A program made the translations under genes and the position numbers. The notes under the pieces were generated by a model. The model was not told the origin of the DNA. It worked only from the letters and a program-made list of their open reading frames with translations, and searched no databases. DNA of 33,610 bases from a virus (Duplodnaviria > Caudoviricetes), in the IMG/VR virus record IMGVR_UViG_3300020045_003930, positions 1 to 33,610 of that record; one strand, given 5' to 3'. Each line of letters begins with the position of its first letter. Within the stretch, counting starts at the first letter, position 1. Shown here in pieces: positions 32,575-33,610 of the stretch.

Positions 32575-33534
32575 ATGTCTGACAAAATGAACTACGACGC
32601 GCAAGACCTGCGGGCTATTGAGTCAACTGGCCGACTTGACGCTAACGAAAGCGTATTTTTTAGCCGCCAACTGGAGTCGATTAAGGCTCAGTCTTATGAC
32701 GTTAAGCGCGCCAAGCTGAATGCGCTGGAAATCTTCCCGGTTTCTACTTCTACCCCTGAAGGCGCTACGACTATCACTTACCGTCAATTTGACAGTGTAG
32801 GCGCAGCCAAGATCATTGCCAATTACGCCAATGACCTGCCACGCGCTGACGTGAACGGTAAGGAATTCACAAGCCCAATCCGTTCTATCGGTATCAGCTA
32901 CGGCTACAACATGCAAGAGATTCGCTCTGCTCAGTTCGCTGGAATGCCATTGTCCGAAAAGAAAATGCGTGCAGCCCAACGTGCCCATGAAGAACTGATT
33001 AACCGTCTGGCTTGGGCTGGCGATACTGAGCATGGTTTGCCTGGCTTCATGACCAATGCAAACATTCCAGCGTTTGTCGTGCCTGCCGTTGGCACTGGTT
33101 CTAGTAAGCTATGGAATACAAAGACTGCTGACCAGATCATTGCTGACATCAATGGCGTGATTAACCAAGTGACTACCCAGTCAAAAGGAATTCACCGCGC
33201 TAACATGGTATTGCTGCCTTTGGAGCAATACAGCTATATCGCTAGCACCCCACGCAGCGCCACGACTGATACGACCATTCTGCAATTCGTTACCGCCAAT
33301 AACCCCGGCGTGACATTCAAACCCGTGATTGAGCTTGACGCATTCGGCGGTGGTCTGGATCGTATTGTTGCCGGTGAGTTCTCGATTGATAACATGCAGT
33401 TGGAAATCCCGATGGCCTTCCGTCAATATACTCCACAGCTTAACGGCATGGAATTTATTGTTCCGGCTGAATCGCGTTTCGGGGGCTGTATTATTGAATA
33501 CCCTCTCGCATTCGCTATTGGTGATAGCATTTAA
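32575..33534 (+). CDS. Major capsid protein (DUF2184 family)
   Basis: FFSRQLE, G.AKII..YANDLP.AD, GYN.QE and SRFGG....YP. Confidence 0.92.
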   Translation: MSDKMNYDAQDLRAIESTGRLDANESVFFSRQLESIKAQSYDVKRAKLNALEIFPVSTSTPEGATTITYRQFDSVGAAKIIANYANDLPRADVNGKEFTSPIRSIGISYGYNMQEIRSAQFAGMPLSEKKMRAAQRAHEELINRLAWAGDTEHGLPGFMTNANIPAFVVPAVGTGSSKLWNTKTADQIIADINGVINQVTTQSKGIHRANMVLLPLEQYSYIASTPRSATTDTTILQFVTANNPGVTFKPVIELDAFGGGLDRIVAGEFSIDNMQLEIPMAFRQYTPQLNGMEFIVPAESRFGGCIIEYPLAFAIGDSI

Positions 33535-33552
33535 GCTAAAAACTTAACAAAC

Positions 33553-33578
33553 AAAAGGGCCTTAAATGGCCCTTTTTT
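33553..33578 (+). terminator. Intrinsic terminator after the major capsid gene
   Basis: AAAAGGGCC-TTAAAT-GGCCCTTTTTT. Confidence 0.88.
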
Positions 33579-33610
33579 ATGTGTATTTCCAAGTGTGTTT
33601 TAATGCTGTT

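Noticed and set aside
32575-33534. Encapsulin
   Set aside because: DUF2184 is encapsulin-related, but with terminase, portal and tail genes present this is a phage capsid.
1-33610. Alternative genetic code, or a DGR acting on the tail fibre
   Set aside because: Known genes are full-length in the standard code and all three stops are used. No reverse transcriptase or TR/VR repeat pair was seen.

Overview
This window is roughly three-quarters of a tailed dsDNA phage genome, probably with a contractile tail. The host is probably a Betaproteobacterium (Comamonadaceae-like), which is an inference. From left to right on + (1-6002): baseplate J and wedge, a short tail fibre with its chaperone, and a lysis cassette with a GH108 endolysin, holin-like genes and several tiny ORFs. 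On - (6030-20654) is an early/middle arm: MazG, a NrdR-like Zn ribbon, ThyX, a RuvC-like resolvase, a RadD-like helicase, a Cas4-like nuclease, an SNF2-like helicase + DNA methyltransferase pair, DUF669, a Sak4-like ATPase and many small ORFs. Then on + come a primase-helicase, a putative origin, a candidate structured RNA, a GIY-YIG ORF, TerS/TerL, portal, gpF-like head protein, DUF2213, decoration protein and a DUF2184 major capsid. The head genes are split into three blocks by two reverse-oriented islands of small genes. No integrase, repressor, tRNA or CRISPR array was seen. The best leads are: (1) a ~95-nt pseudoknot-capable RNA ending in CCA at 23595-23688; (2) a terminator-bracketed helicase-methyltransferase cassette; (3) a GIY-YIG nuclease carrying a duplicate of the TerS N-terminus; (4) repeated promoter-leader cassettes and apparently leaderless head-gene promoters set back-to-back with antisense islands; (5) stand-alone Zn domains resembling host ClpX and NrdR. 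All family calls come from recognising motifs by eye. No database searches were run.
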